From: a candidate division WOR-3 bacterium
GTDB taxonomy: Bacteria > Hydrothermota > Tepidihabitantia > Tepidihabitantales > Tepidihabitantaceae
Direction of reading: 5' to 3'
DNA: 60,992 nt
Assembly (NCBI GenBank): GCA_037441285.1
Contig: JBBISL010000010.1
Span: forward strand, 1 to 60,992
Part shown: positions 49,301 through 60,992 of the stretch, one piece after another
Position numbering within the stretch: position 1 is the first letter of the stretch
Layout of the letters: every line of letters starts with the position of its first letter
Program-made: the position numbers and the translations under genes
Notes under the pieces: model-generated
The model's database searches: none
Told to the model about the DNA's origin: nothing
Seen by the model: the letters and a program-made list of their open reading frames with translations, nothing else

Positions 49301-52300
49301 CTATAATCGTTCGAACCATTTTGGCCTACCTGGAACAATCACCTTCTGAACTCGCATCGCGCCCGATGGGCTTCCTTTTAATAGAAAATAAACCCCGGGC
49401 TTTAACTTCTCGTTTACCCGCATCCGGCCTGAAACATCAAAAATGAGCGGCTGTAATTGACTACGACTATTCCCCTGTTTTGGCAAAACCAAATCGAATA
49501 AACCCTCTCGCTTCCGGTTCGGATATCCTTGCTCGTGATTACTTCTATTGTTATCCCTGTTTTGTAAGTTGGCGTCTCTTTGAACCATTGTCGCATCATA
49601 ACTCCAGAACTCCCGGGAACCGCCGCCTTTAAGCGCATAAACTTTTCCTGCTACAAACGCCAGTCCTGCCCCAGACCCAACTCGTCGCCCCCTTGTCCCT
49701 ACGGGGATATTTTCCAATTCCTCCCAGGTATCCGCCTGTATATCGTAGCGCCAGAATTCAACTGTCCGCCCACCTTTAAAGGCGTAGATATAACTAACAC
49801 CATCACTGGCAAGCACCGCGCCATCCTTACAACGCCGCAAACCGGCACTACCTGAAAAAGGCAATGATGCACATTCCCGCCAGCTGTCCTTAGTGGTTAA
49901 ATATTCGTAAAACTCATTAGTCGACCCCTTTAAACAGAATAGCCTCTGGCCCACTGCAACAAGCGCGCTGCCCCTTTTCACCGACTTATTTAACAACCCA
50001 CCCGGTACAGGTCGACGCGAATGCCATTCACCCTTTTCCACTAAATAAAATAGAAAGTCGTTTGTTCCTGTTCCTTTCAAACAGTACACCCTGCCACTAT
50101 CTCGTTTGGTAACAAATGCTAATCCCGAACCGTATCGGACATTTCTTGTCCCGTCCGGTAGACCGGGCAGTTGTCGCCAGGAGTCTTTGCTTATCTCATA
50201 ACACCAGAATTCTCTGGTGTTTCCTCCTTTTAAAAGATAGATTCTGTCACTTCGGTCCCAGCAAACTGCGGCACCACTCTTGGGCTTTCTGTTTTTTAGA
50301 CCGCCCGGCACCGGTCGTCGCCCCAACCAGTTACCCCCGTTCACATCATAACAGTACCACTCATCAGACCTGCCTTTCAGGGCAAAAACCTTATCGCTTG
50401 TTCCTACTAAACATCCCCCCGCCCGCACCGGAAGATTTCTTGGCCCCGTGGGTATCGAAAGCTCCTCTCTCCATCGCTGGTAAACAATTGATTCAACGGT
50501 CACAACCTTCTGGAAAGAGTCATTGCCCGGGTTTTCGTCACCGGATAAATTACAACGGGCAGAAGTCAAGTACTCTCCTGGTGTTGCTCGCCACTGGCGG
50601 AAACAAACCTCTCTCTGGGCACCAGGTTCAACCGTTGTTCTCGATGAGTCAAAGTAATCAAAATCCGTGTCGGCTCCCATCCGATTAATTGCAAAATATA
50701 CCCACATCTCCGCCGATTCTTCACCATAATTTGCCACCACCACCGCTGGCTCAATCACCCCTTCTGGCACGGTATCCTGGGGAGCCGCTATTCTGATTAT
50801 CGCACCGTCTCTTCTAACAACACGAAACTGCTGCCGGATTGAATCGTTATCTCTCCTCAAATCGCCATTTAGCCTCGTTCCCACCCAAACCGAATAAAGC
50901 CCGCCGCTTGCTCGCCAGATGGAGAACGATACCAATCCGGGACTGTCCGGTGGTAGCAAGGTTTCAAGTGAATCGCAATAAACCATTACCTCAGCGCTGT
51001 CGTAAATCTCACATCGCACCCCGAAACTCGCTATCTCATTACCAAAATTCTGGACCATCGCCTCAGGCTGAATCTCCCCGGGATTAACAACTTCGCCCGG
51101 ACTTGTAATCTGAACCGTTCCCACATCCTTAACCCGAACAAACACCGTCTCCTTTACCGCATCGTTGTTGTGGTTATGGTCGTTATTCAGTTGCGTTGAA
51201 CAGCAGACCGAATTCCAACCCCTTATTCTTGCCTCCCATCTGGAAAATGTTGTGTCAATACTGTCGCCCGGTGCCAGTCCTTGGATAATTAAAGAGTCGC
51301 GATAATCAACCCCGATGCGAAACAACACTTGAAAACTTTCAGTTTCACTTCCAAAGTTTTTTATCACCGCCCTTGGCGAACCACAAAACCCGGAATCCAC
51401 AACATTAACCGGGAAAACAACCCGCGCTACACCAACATCATGTCTAATTACCGTAAACTCACAACTCATTGTATCATTTTCCGGATGCATATCTTCGGAT
51501 AATACCGTGCGGACCCGTATCACATAATCACCCATCTGGGCATTCCATCCTGCGAAACCGGTATCACGCCTAACATTAGAACCAAGCGTAATTCTAATAC
51601 TATCATTGAAAATCAGGGAGCCAGTTCGGGTTAAAATCGAGCAAACAACACCGAACCTCGCACTATCATTGCCTCGATTCCACACTTTAACCCTTGGCCT
51701 GATTAAACCCTCAGGCACTCTTCCATTGGGTGTTAATATCGTCTCTGCCACGACATCCCGTACCAGGACAAATACACTGTCACGCGCTAAATCATTTCTT
51801 CTATCTATGTCTCCCTCAACATACACCGAACAGACTACAACTACCCACCCCGTGTTATGAACAGCAATTGAATCAAACACTACCGGCACCGAATCCCCAG
51901 GTGCAATACTGTCAAGAAAATGGAACACCACTGAATCACCTACTGCAAACAATACTCGAGCCGAGTCTTCAAAGTCTCCAAAGTTACCAATCCAAGCAGC
52001 AGGAGCAAACGCCCAGCCCGAATCAATTACCCCTTGAGGCACCTCAATCCTCATCACTCCGACATCATGCACCAGCATCTTGCGCCGTGCCCGAACCGCC
52101 CAGTTAAAAGTACTCACCCACTCACTCCACACCACCTGAACCGTTCCCATTCGTGCTGTAATTGAAACCCGGTCCTTTGAACCTCCTTCTTCTGTCAATG
52201 CCCTGAACTCCTCCCAGACTCCGTTATTCGTTCTTTTCTGATAGCATACCTGAGGCTGGGAAATAGAATCTTGATTCACCCAGACAAAATGAAGATTGCC

Positions 52301-53197
52301 GCTATCATCCGCAACAACACTCGGCGAGCACTTTGCTCCTGTCCAGAGCCCGAATCGCGCAGTATCAGCCCATCCAGTCATACTTCGGGCACGGTATAAA
52401 ATGTTATTCTCGGTAACCCAGACAACATTAAAAGTTGAACCATAGCGGTTCCAGGTCACACAGGGAGAGACCGCATTTACCCGGCTGTAAACCGTTTCTA
52501 CCTCACCCCAGACACCGTTAACCTTCAATTTTGCTAGAACTATGGAATAATTCCCGACCATCTGATGCCAGACCGCCATTAAATCACCATCTGGTGTACT
52601 GGCAATTGATGGATAGGTAACTGGCGAACTGGCTCCAAGAATGGCGAGGGTATCACAATCACCCCAACCACTATCGTAATAAACATAGTATATCCCTCGC
52701 TGCGAACCAGCACCCAGTTTCACCCAGGTAAGATGTACCACCCCATCTTTATCAACCGCTATCGATACTGCGCTATCCCTATCGCTACCGGTTCTAAATG
52801 TGTCTTCTACCTGCCATTCACCGGTCGAGAAATCACGTCGTTTGAGTTTGAGAACGCCAGTAGTTATCCAGGCAACATAAAGGTTACCCAGTGAATCGCA
52901 ACCGATTGTTGGGTCACCAGCACCGTTCAACTCATTTGACAGAATCGTATCCTCTGACCATTCTCCGGTTGAATTGTCCCAGCAGGAGTACCAGACCTGA
53001 TAAACCCCAGCAACATTTCCCCGCCAGGTGATATGGATATTTCCATTCGGACCAATCACAATACTCCGCGCGTTGCTGTGACAGGTTAAATCCGAAAATC
53101 CCGAACGATTGGTGATTGACTCCACCGGCAACCAAATCCCGTACCCCAAACTGACCGCAGAGATAAAGATTAAAAATGCCGCTTTCTTAAAATCCAC
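49301..53197 (-). CDS. large exported protein: N-terminal beta-propeller, about five CARDB/Ig-like domains, Kelch propeller and T9SS-like C-terminal domain
   Basis: Signal peptide; D..G.(I/V/L)H..W repeats; (H/R/K)DVG..I..P...N.G...D....ND repeats; LKG..T.EF..Y....W Kelch repeats; IFDVSGR..PGVYF. Confidence 0.82.
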   Translation of the reverse strand: MDFKKAAFLIFISAVSLGYGIWLPVESITNRSGFSDLTCHSNARSIVIGPNGNIHITWRGNVAGVYQVWYSCWDNSTGEWSEDTILSNELNGAGDPTIGCDSLGNLYVAWITTGVLKLKRRDFSTGEWQVEDTFRTGSDRDSAVSIAVDKDGVVHLTWVKLGAGSQRGIYYVYYDSGWGDCDTLAILGASSPVTYPSIASTPDGDLMAVWHQMVGNYSIVLAKLKVNGVWGEVETVYSRVNAVSPCVTWNRYGSTFNVVWVTENNILYRARSMTGWADTARFGLWTGAKCSPSVVADDSGNLHFVWVNQDSISQPQVCYQKRTNNGVWEEFRALTEEGGSKDRVSITARMGTVQVVWSEWVSTFNWAVRARRKMLVHDVGVMRIEVPQGVIDSGWAFAPAAWIGNFGDFEDSARVLFAVGDSVVFHFLDSIAPGDSVPVVFDSIAVHNTGWVVVVCSVYVEGDIDRRNDLARDSVFVLVRDVVAETILTPNGRVPEGLIRPRVKVWNRGNDSARFGVVCSILTRTGSLIFNDSIRITLGSNVRRDTGFAGWNAQMGDYVIRVRTVLSEDMHPENDTMSCEFTVIRHDVGVARVVFPVNVVDSGFCGSPRAVIKNFGSETESFQVLFRIGVDYRDSLIIQGLAPGDSIDTTFSRWEARIRGWNSVCCSTQLNNDHNHNNDAVKETVFVRVKDVGTVQITSPGEVVNPGEIQPEAMVQNFGNEIASFGVRCEIYDSAEVMVYCDSLETLLPPDSPGLVSFSIWRASGGLYSVWVGTRLNGDLRRDNDSIRQQFRVVRRDGAIIRIAAPQDTVPEGVIEPAVVVANYGEESAEMWVYFAINRMGADTDFDYFDSSRTTVEPGAQREVCFRQWRATPGEYLTSARCNLSGDENPGNDSFQKVVTVESIVYQRWREELSIPTGPRNLPVRAGGCLVGTSDKVFALKGRSDEWYCYDVNGGNWLGRRPVPGGLKNRKPKSGAAVCWDRSDRIYLLKGGNTREFWCYEISKDSWRQLPGLPDGTRNVRYGSGLAFVTKRDSGRVYCLKGTGTNDFLFYLVEKGEWHSRRPVPGGLLNKSVKRGSALVAVGQRLFCLKGSTNEFYEYLTTKDSWRECASLPFSGSAGLRRCKDGAVLASDGVSYIYAFKGGRTVEFWRYDIQADTWEELENIPVGTRGRRVGSGAGLAFVAGKVYALKGGGSREFWSYDATMVQRDANLQNRDNNRSNHEQGYPNRKREGLFDLVLPKQGNSRSQLQPLIFDVSGRMRVNEKLKPGVYFLLKGSPSGAMRVQKVIVPGRPKWFERL

Positions 53198-53287
53198 CGA
53201 CTAAATTACACCCCGGATATCATAGAAGTCAAACGATAACACCCGCATAAATTTGACAAACCGGTATTGCCTATTACACTTCTAAAC

Positions 53288-53348
53288 GGGCTATATGGAC
53301 CAAATTATCTGCGGTAGTCCGCACTAAAAAAGTATTGGTCTTGTGCCC
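53288..53348 (+). promoter_or_regulatory. structured 5' leader downstream of promoter TTGACA-16-TACACT (53253-53280)
   Basis: Nested pairings GGGC/GCCC, GACCAA/TTGGTC and TGCGG/CCGCA. Confidence 0.45.
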
Positions 53349-53360
53349 TAATGGTGTGTT

Positions 53361-54845
53361 ATGAAGAAAATAAAACCTTATGAAGATTTCCTCAAAGACC
53401 CGGACTTTTTGAATACCCTCCAGGAAGGGGTATGGGTCGCGGACAACGAAGGGCGCATCGTATTCGCCAATCGCGGGTTGGCACGGATTCTGGGCTATGA
53501 AATCCCGGAAAGAGTCATCGGCAGACTCTGGCGTGAATTCTTTCCGCCTTCTGAAGCCGCGCGCATCGGTAAAATTCGGCCTGATATCGAAACCGCCACC
53601 GCTGCGCCCATTGAAAGACGCCTCATCACCCAGACAAGAATCATCGGCAGAGACAGTCGCCAGATTCCTGTGTCCGCCACTCTTATCCGTAAGACGCTCG
53701 ATGGCTCGGACTGGTACATTGGCACCGTAATCGAATCCCCAGTATTCACCAGCACTACCGGCATAACCGAAAGTATGTCACGGTGGGTGATGGAAAATTC
53801 AGTTGATGGTATCTGCGTTATTGAAGAGGGACAACTCATCTATGCCAATCGTCGACTGGAAGAGTTAACTGGGTACAGCGCACCTCAGTTGGGCAGAATG
53901 AACCTTGAACAGCTCCTGAGCCCGGATTATCGCGCGACTATTGCGCAGATTTTCACCGACCCCCACCGGCTTTTAGGTCCTGTTCACCACGAAGTCAAAC
54001 TGCAGAATCGAACCGGTCGTGAAATTGAATGCCAATTACGGGTTGTACCGATTGAAGAGGGTACGCGCCGTGCTCTTGTTTGCTATCTCCGCGACATCTC
54101 TGAACTTAAACAGGCAGAACGGATTCGCACTGAGTTCATCGCTATGGTCTCTCATGACCTGCGCACCCCGCTTGCCGCAATAAAAGAGGCAATTGCCCTG
54201 CTCGCTGACACCGCTGCCCGCCGGTTTGAGGATAAACAGCTCCGTTATCTCTCAATCGCCCGCGAGGAGATGGACCGGCTCAACCGTATGATTGACAACC
54301 TGATTGAAGTAGCACGAATGGAAACCGGCAAGGTTATCCTCAACCTTGAAGCGGTCGATTTAAACCAGGTCATTAATATTGCGCTCGAGAGTCTCGGACT
54401 GTTGATCAGTAAAAATAATTTAAAGATTGAACGCCGCGCCCCGGCAAAACTGCCGCCTGTGCTTGGCGACCGTGACCGGTTGCTACGGGTATTCAATAAC
54501 CTCCTTGACAATGCCATAAAATATTCACCCGAAGGCGGTACGATTCGAATTGAAATCGACTTTGTTGACCCGGAAGCACCGGTACTCTCCGAAAGTGGCA
54601 TCCTTGCCAACACTGGTTACCTTGAAGTTACCATCACCGATCAGGGCCCTGGTATCCCTGCGGAATTCCTTGACCGGATATTTGGGAAATTTGAACGGGT
54701 TGACCCGCACGGTCCAGGTATCGGGTTGGGACTGGCGATTGTTCGGTCAATTGTTGAGCTACATCACGGTAAAGTTTGGGCTCGTTCCACTCTTGGGGAA
54801 GGAACCAGTTTTAGCGTGATTTTACCAATTAAAGAGGAAGGATAA
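53361..54845 (+). CDS. cytoplasmic sensor histidine kinase with two PAS domains
   Basis: Two PAS repeats (FANRGLARILGY, YANRRLEELTGY), SHDLRTPL, NLLDNAIKY, DQGPGI and GLGLAI; no TM. Confidence 0.95.
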   Translation: MKKIKPYEDFLKDPDFLNTLQEGVWVADNEGRIVFANRGLARILGYEIPERVIGRLWREFFPPSEAARIGKIRPDIETATAAPIERRLITQTRIIGRDSRQIPVSATLIRKTLDGSDWYIGTVIESPVFTSTTGITESMSRWVMENSVDGICVIEEGQLIYANRRLEELTGYSAPQLGRMNLEQLLSPDYRATIAQIFTDPHRLLGPVHHEVKLQNRTGREIECQLRVVPIEEGTRRALVCYLRDISELKQAERIRTEFIAMVSHDLRTPLAAIKEAIALLADTAARRFEDKQLRYLSIAREEMDRLNRMIDNLIEVARMETGKVILNLEAVDLNQVINIALESLGLLISKNNLKIERRAPAKLPPVLGDRDRLLRVFNNLLDNAIKYSPEGGTIRIEIDFVDPEAPVLSESGILANTGYLEVTITDQGPGIPAEFLDRIFGKFERVDPHGPGIGLGLAIVRSIVELHHGKVWARSTLGEGTSFSVILPIKEEG

Positions 54846-55367
54846 ATGGACACCAACGCAAAGAAAATTCTCCTCGTTGAAGATGAACTCAATCTCCGGG
54901 AACTGGTCAAGGCAAGATTAGAGGAAAATGGGTATGAGGTGACTGTTGCAGGTGATGGTTATCAGGCGATATTTCAGGCTCGCCGGGTAAAACCCGACCT
55001 GATTATCCTCGATTTGATGATACCCCGCCTTGACGGCTATACCGTTTGCCGCACTCTTAAAGCGTCCAGCGACCTTGCTACCGTACCGATAATAATGTTT
55101 ACCGCCCGTTCCTCACCCGACGATATGCGTCGGGGTATGGATATGGGCGCTGATGCCTATGTGACTAAACCGTTTGACCCGGCAACCCTTCTGGCGAAAA
55201 TCGAGGAATTGCTCAAACCCAAAACCACGGTTCAAGAAGAACCACCCTCGCCTTCAAGCCCAGCGCCTTCAGATGCGGAAAAAGCCCACGCCGAACAACG
55301 CAAACTGGCGGAAGAACAAAGTCGCAAAGAGGCAGAGGCACGCGCCGAGCAAGACAAACAAAAATAG
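54846..55367 (+). CDS. single-domain response regulator with a Pro-rich linker and charged helical tail
   Basis: LVEDE, IILDLMIP, FTA and KPF; no recognisable output domain. Confidence 0.92.
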   Translation: MDTNAKKILLVEDELNLRELVKARLEENGYEVTVAGDGYQAIFQARRVKPDLIILDLMIPRLDGYTVCRTLKASSDLATVPIIMFTARSSPDDMRRGMDMGADAYVTKPFDPATLLAKIEELLKPKTTVQEEPPSPSSPAPSDAEKAHAEQRKLAEEQSRKEAEARAEQDKQK

Positions 55368-55378
55368 GGGCAGCAATT

Positions 55379-56193
55379 ATGACTACCAGCCAACTAATCA
55401 AAGCTGCCCTTGCTGAAGACATCGGCAAAGGTGACATCACCTCCGACCTAATCATCCCGGAAAAGACGAAAATAACCGCCCATATCGTTGCCCACTCCAC
55501 CGGTATCCTTGCTGGTATAAAAATCTGCGCCCAAGTATTTAAGACTGTTGACCGCCGCATCCGGTTTGAGGCGCTCTATCAGGACCGAAGCCGATTCCGC
55601 GCCGGTGCGGTCTTAGCGATGGTCACCGGTCCGGCACGGAGTATTCTGGCAGCGGAACGCACAGCCCTTAACTTCCTGTGCCGGCTCTGCGGTATCGCGA
55701 CACTAACCGACAAATTTGTCTCCCGGGTGAAGGGCACCAAAGCGGTAATCCTTGACACTCGGAAAACAACGCCGGTCTTGCGGGAACTGGAGAAGTATGC
55801 GGTGCGTTGCGGGGGCGGTAAAAATCACCGCCGGGGTCTATACGATATGATACTAATCAAAGACAACCATCTTGCCATAACTGGTTCTATTACCGAATTA
55901 TTAGCGCGGGTCAAGACCAGCCGTCTGCCCGTCGAAATTGAAGTACAAACCCTTGATGAACTACGTGTCGCCCTCGCTGCTGGTGCCCGCCGCATTATGC
56001 TTGACAATATGACGGTGCCGCAACTGCGCCGCGCTGTTCAGATTACCGCGGGCCGGGCAATTCTCGAAGCCTCAGGCGGGGTTAGCCTGAAAAATGTCCA
56101 GCGCGTCGCCCGCACCGGAGTTGATTATATCTCGATTGGTTGCCTCACCCATTCAGCACCCGCCGCCGATATCAGTCTGGAAATTGTCCGCCC

Positions 56194-56197
<4 letters not shown>
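55379..56197 (+). CDS. nadC: nicotinate-nucleotide diphosphorylase (carboxylating)
   Basis: ERTALN, DTRKTTP, HRRGLYD, KDNH and EASGG. Confidence 0.97.
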
Positions 56198-58250
<2,053 letters not shown>

Positions 58251-58775
58251 TCAGTACTTGCCAAGCTTTTTCTTTAATGCTGCGACCACCGGCTCAGGAG
58301 CGAAACAGGACACCTCGCCTCCAGCGCGCGCCAGTTCCCTTACCAGCGATGAACTTAGATAAAAGTATCGCTCCGATGGTACAAAGAAAATCGTCTCCAT
58401 CTCCGGCGCCAATTTCCGATTGGTCAACGCCATCTGAAACTCGTAGTCAAAATCCATCACCGCTCGCAGTCCGCGTACTACCGCCTTCGCTCCCATCTCC
58501 CGTACAAAATCCACCAGAAGCCCGTCAAACCCTTCAACCTGAACTCGTTTCATCCCTGAGGTCACCTTTCTGACAAGTGCTATACGCTCCTCCCAGGTAA
58601 AAAGCGGGTTTTTCTCCTCTCTCTTCGCCACACCAACAATCACCCGGTCAAAAAGGTGGCATGCCCGTTCAATCACATCAAGATGACCAAGTGTAATCGG
58701 GTCAAAACTCCCCGGATAAACCGCGACCTTCTCCCTCTGCCTCCTATTCTGTTTCTCTTGTTTCGGTTTTTTCAT
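58251..58775 (-). CDS. coaD: pantetheine-phosphate adenylyltransferase
   Basis: YPGSFDPITLGH, RGLRAVMDFDYE and SSSLVRE. Confidence 0.97.
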   Translation of the reverse strand: MKKPKQEKQNRRQREKVAVYPGSFDPITLGHLDVIERACHLFDRVIVGVAKREEKNPLFTWEERIALVRKVTSGMKRVQVEGFDGLLVDFVREMGAKAVVRGLRAVMDFDYEFQMALTNRKLAPEMETIFFVPSERYFYLSSSLVRELARAGGEVSCFAPEPVVAALKKKLGKY

Positions 58776-59305
58776 AAAAACCTCCTGAAAAATGTTAGGA
58801 CGCTTTCACCATACCGCTCCTGGCGTTCCATTTTCCCTTGTAGGGGTACAATAAAATCCTCCCTAACACTATGCTCTAACACCAAAACACCTCCCACCCT
58901 TAAAATCTCATACTTTAAAACCGCATCCACTACTTTCTGCCCCAACCCCTTTTGATAAGGTGGGTCGGCAAACACGATATCAAAACCGGCACCTCTAAGC
59001 TTCGGCACTACCCGCAACACATCACCTCTAATTATCCTGGTGCTGTCCAGTTCGGCAGCATTCTCCTGAAGATATTTCAGCACTATCATGCTCCTTTCAA
59101 CAAAAACCGCCTCTTTTGCCCCGCGGGAAATCGCCTCAATTCCCAGTGCGCCGCCGCCGGCAAACAAATCACACACCCGCGCTCCTTCAACCTCATTACC
59201 GAGGATATTAAAAATCGCCTGGCGGGTAACCTCCTTTGTCGGACGGATTCCGGACCGAGGATAAATTAACCTGCGCCCTTTAAGCCTACCACCGGTTATT
59301 CGCAT
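58772..59305 (-). CDS. rsmD: 16S rRNA m2G966 methyltransferase
   Basis: MRITGG, RPT, DLFAGGGALGIEA and DPPY. Confidence 0.95.
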   Translation of the reverse strand: MRITGGRLKGRRLIYPRSGIRPTKEVTRQAIFNILGNEVEGARVCDLFAGGGALGIEAISRGAKEAVFVERSMIVLKYLQENAAELDSTRIIRGDVLRVVPKLRGAGFDIVFADPPYQKGLGQKVVDAVLKYEILRVGGVLVLEHSVREDFIVPLQGKMERQERYGESVLTFFRRFL

Positions 59306-59404
59306 TCAGGCAATATTAGAAACCTTTCTCGACCTGTCAATACACCGCCCGTATCGCTCGCTTTATCCGGTCCGCGTTATCAACTCAATGGCTTTCGCCT
59401 CCGT

Positions 59405-60992
59405 TTACCGCAGCAAGAGGACGCGTTCCTGCCCCACCCCTTCCGAACTCTCAAACCGAATAAAGTACACACCGGGACCCAGCCCTTTCGGCTGCCAGAC
59501 AATCTGCCCCGCGCCCGCAGTTACAACTTTATTCATCACCTGTTCAACAACTCGACCCGTAACATCAACCGCTTCAATCCGTACCCTTCCGGAAACAGAA
59601 ACCTGATAACGCACAATTGCCCGGTTTCGGCTGGGGTTAGGCAAAATCTCTATCCCAGGATTAGCCTTCAACGTCAACAGCTTGCCTCTATTATCTCGCG
59701 GGTCTTCGTGAAACCCGATATAACGGTGATACCAGGCACGGGCACTATCGGCATTGACCAGTACCTCATCTTCATTCGCACCGCCCACAAACGCCACTGC
59801 AAAACGCCGGATACCAAATGGGTTTATTGTGAATGGTCCGGCGGCAGCAACCACCGCCCAGTTGTCCTGACGCGCTGGGTTGAGTAACTGAATCGCCCCG
59901 CTTAAAAACCGCCACTTCTGGGCATCCCGAAAAGCGGAGTCTGGTAGGTAGTAAATCTGCGGGTCAATTGCGCTCAAATGGACACCAGAATCCGGCTCTA
60001 ACACCCTGATACCCACCGCCGGTCCCGAATCAACTCCTGGCAACAGATAAATAAAATGTCGTATTGTATCAGCTCGGCAGATATCGCCCGTCGTATCAAT
60101 CGTAAAGTCGGCAAAAACCCCGGGATGAAAGTTATCAACCCGTGAAGCACCATTATTCTGGACATCGAACACCATTATTACAAAGTTCCGGTACCCGCTT
60201 CTGCCATCGGCATACGAATTCTGTGTCGTAACAAGATAACGCTGCCGGGGATGATTGCGGTCTGAATACCACGCACGAAAATGTTCATCGCCCTTCAAAG
60301 GTGGATAGATATTGCGTACACTGTCCAGCAGGTAAAATTCGGTATCGGGTGGGGCAGTAATTGGCTGGGTATAATATCGGTCAACGACATAATTGGTGTC
60401 GGTCCCGAACGCAAAAGAGGCGTACCGCAGGACACTTGCGCTGTTTTTGGGATAACAGAATCCGCTTCCTTCACTATCCGGTGCCAGATAGCCAATCGCC
60501 CCTTGACAGGTAACGCTCAAACGGCAGTTATTAGTATCGTGGTCAATTATGAGTTTTCCCGGCATCCCGCTCAGAAGCTCAAATCCCAGCGTAGTCGCGT
60601 AATCGGTACTGTCTCCACTTACATAAAGGCTGCAGTGCACCACTGTACCCCGAACGAGCGCGGTATCAGCCTGGACCAAAAAACGGTCACTAAAATTGGC
60701 AATACTCTCCTGCCGTACCACCATTCCCCAGGTCCCGATTGAATCGATAACCCTCAACCGATAATCAAACGAACGCAGCCGCGCCACCGTATTGGCACAA
60801 TTCGCATTCCCTTCGTTGAAGAGCCAGCCGACCAAAGTTGCTGTTTCTCCCGGGTCAATATAGCCATCGTTGTTACCGGTCGAATCCCCGACAATTACCC
60901 GGCGCAGTTTCAACACCGGGCCGCGGAGAACCGCTTGCACCGCCGCGAGGGCGTCAATCCTGCCGGCACCAAAGTCGTTGTCTTTACCCGCA
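59405..60992 (-). CDS. exported S8 (subtilisin-like) protease with a T9SS-like C-terminal domain; 5' part lies outside the window
   Basis: The frame stays open to the window edge and reads GKDNDFGAGRIDALAAV (S8 C-terminal motif), then GNNDGYIDPGE; ends PNPSR..DVTGRV..GVYFIR. Confidence 0.8.
   Translation of the reverse strand, partial: AGKDNDFGAGRIDALAAVQAVLRGPVLKLRRVIVGDSTGNNDGYIDPGETATLVGWLFNEGNANCANTVARLRSFDYRLRVIDSIGTWGMVVRQESIANFSDRFLVQADTALVRGTVVHCSLYVSGDSTDYATTLGFELLSGMPGKLIIDHDTNNCRLSVTCQGAIGYLAPDSEGSGFCYPKNSASVLRYASFAFGTDTNYVVDRYYTQPITAPPDTEFYLLDSVRNIYPPLKGDEHFRAWYSDRNHPRQRYLVTTQNSYADGRSGYRNFVIMVFDVQNNGASRVDNFHPGVFADFTIDTTGDICRADTIRHFIYLLPGVDSGPAVGIRVLEPDSGVHLSAIDPQIYYLPDSAFRDAQKWRFLSGAIQLLNPARQDNWAVVAAAGPFTINPFGIRRFAVAFVGGANEDEVLVNADSARAWYHRYIGFHEDPRDNRGKLLTLKANPGIEILPNPSRNRAIVRYQVSVSGRVRIEAVDVTGRVVEQVMNKVVTAGAGQIVWQPKGLGPGVYFIRFESSEGVGQERVLLLR

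Overview
Bacterial chromosomal window (about 50% GC, + strand visibly C-rich throughout), mostly core genes. Gene content (PorV-like barrel, several large exported proteins with T9SS/FlgD-like C-terminal sorting domains) suggests an anaerobic FCB-related lineage such as candidate phylum WOR-3; this is an inference. In order: the start of the dcw cluster (mraZ-rsmH-ftsL-ftsI-murE-mraY-murD, no murF); conserved hypothetical-porV-like-accA-era; a methylmalonyl-CoA operon (carboxyltransferase, mutase large subunit, epimerase) with a ThaI-family type II R-M pair appended; an exported alpha/beta hydrolase-ispE-tRNA-Gln-prs-rplY-pth-ychF-rpsF-ssb; rplM-rpsI-rpsB-tsf-pyrH-frr-uppS-cdsA-UPF0282-like MBL; hutI/VOC; exported proteases and propellers; purN-Gfo/Idh/MocA-lnt; lolA-thioesterase-rimO; pstSCAB1B2-phoU; a PAS kinase/receiver-nadC; rsmD-coaD-obgE-dprA; and a truncated S8 protease. 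I saw no CRISPR, rRNA, IS or prophage. Most notable: (1) the two PstB ATPases carry complementary degenerate motifs, predicting an asymmetric one-active-site heterodimer; (2) about ten transcription units have sigma70-like promoters, mostly with 16-bp spacers, ending only 6-10 nt before the start codon, predicting pervasive leaderless mRNAs; (3) two adjacent genes appear to start at non-canonical ACG and ATC codons; (4) a pentanucleotide-repeat/uORF leader precedes a secreted-protein cassette; (5) a T9SS-like secretome is present.
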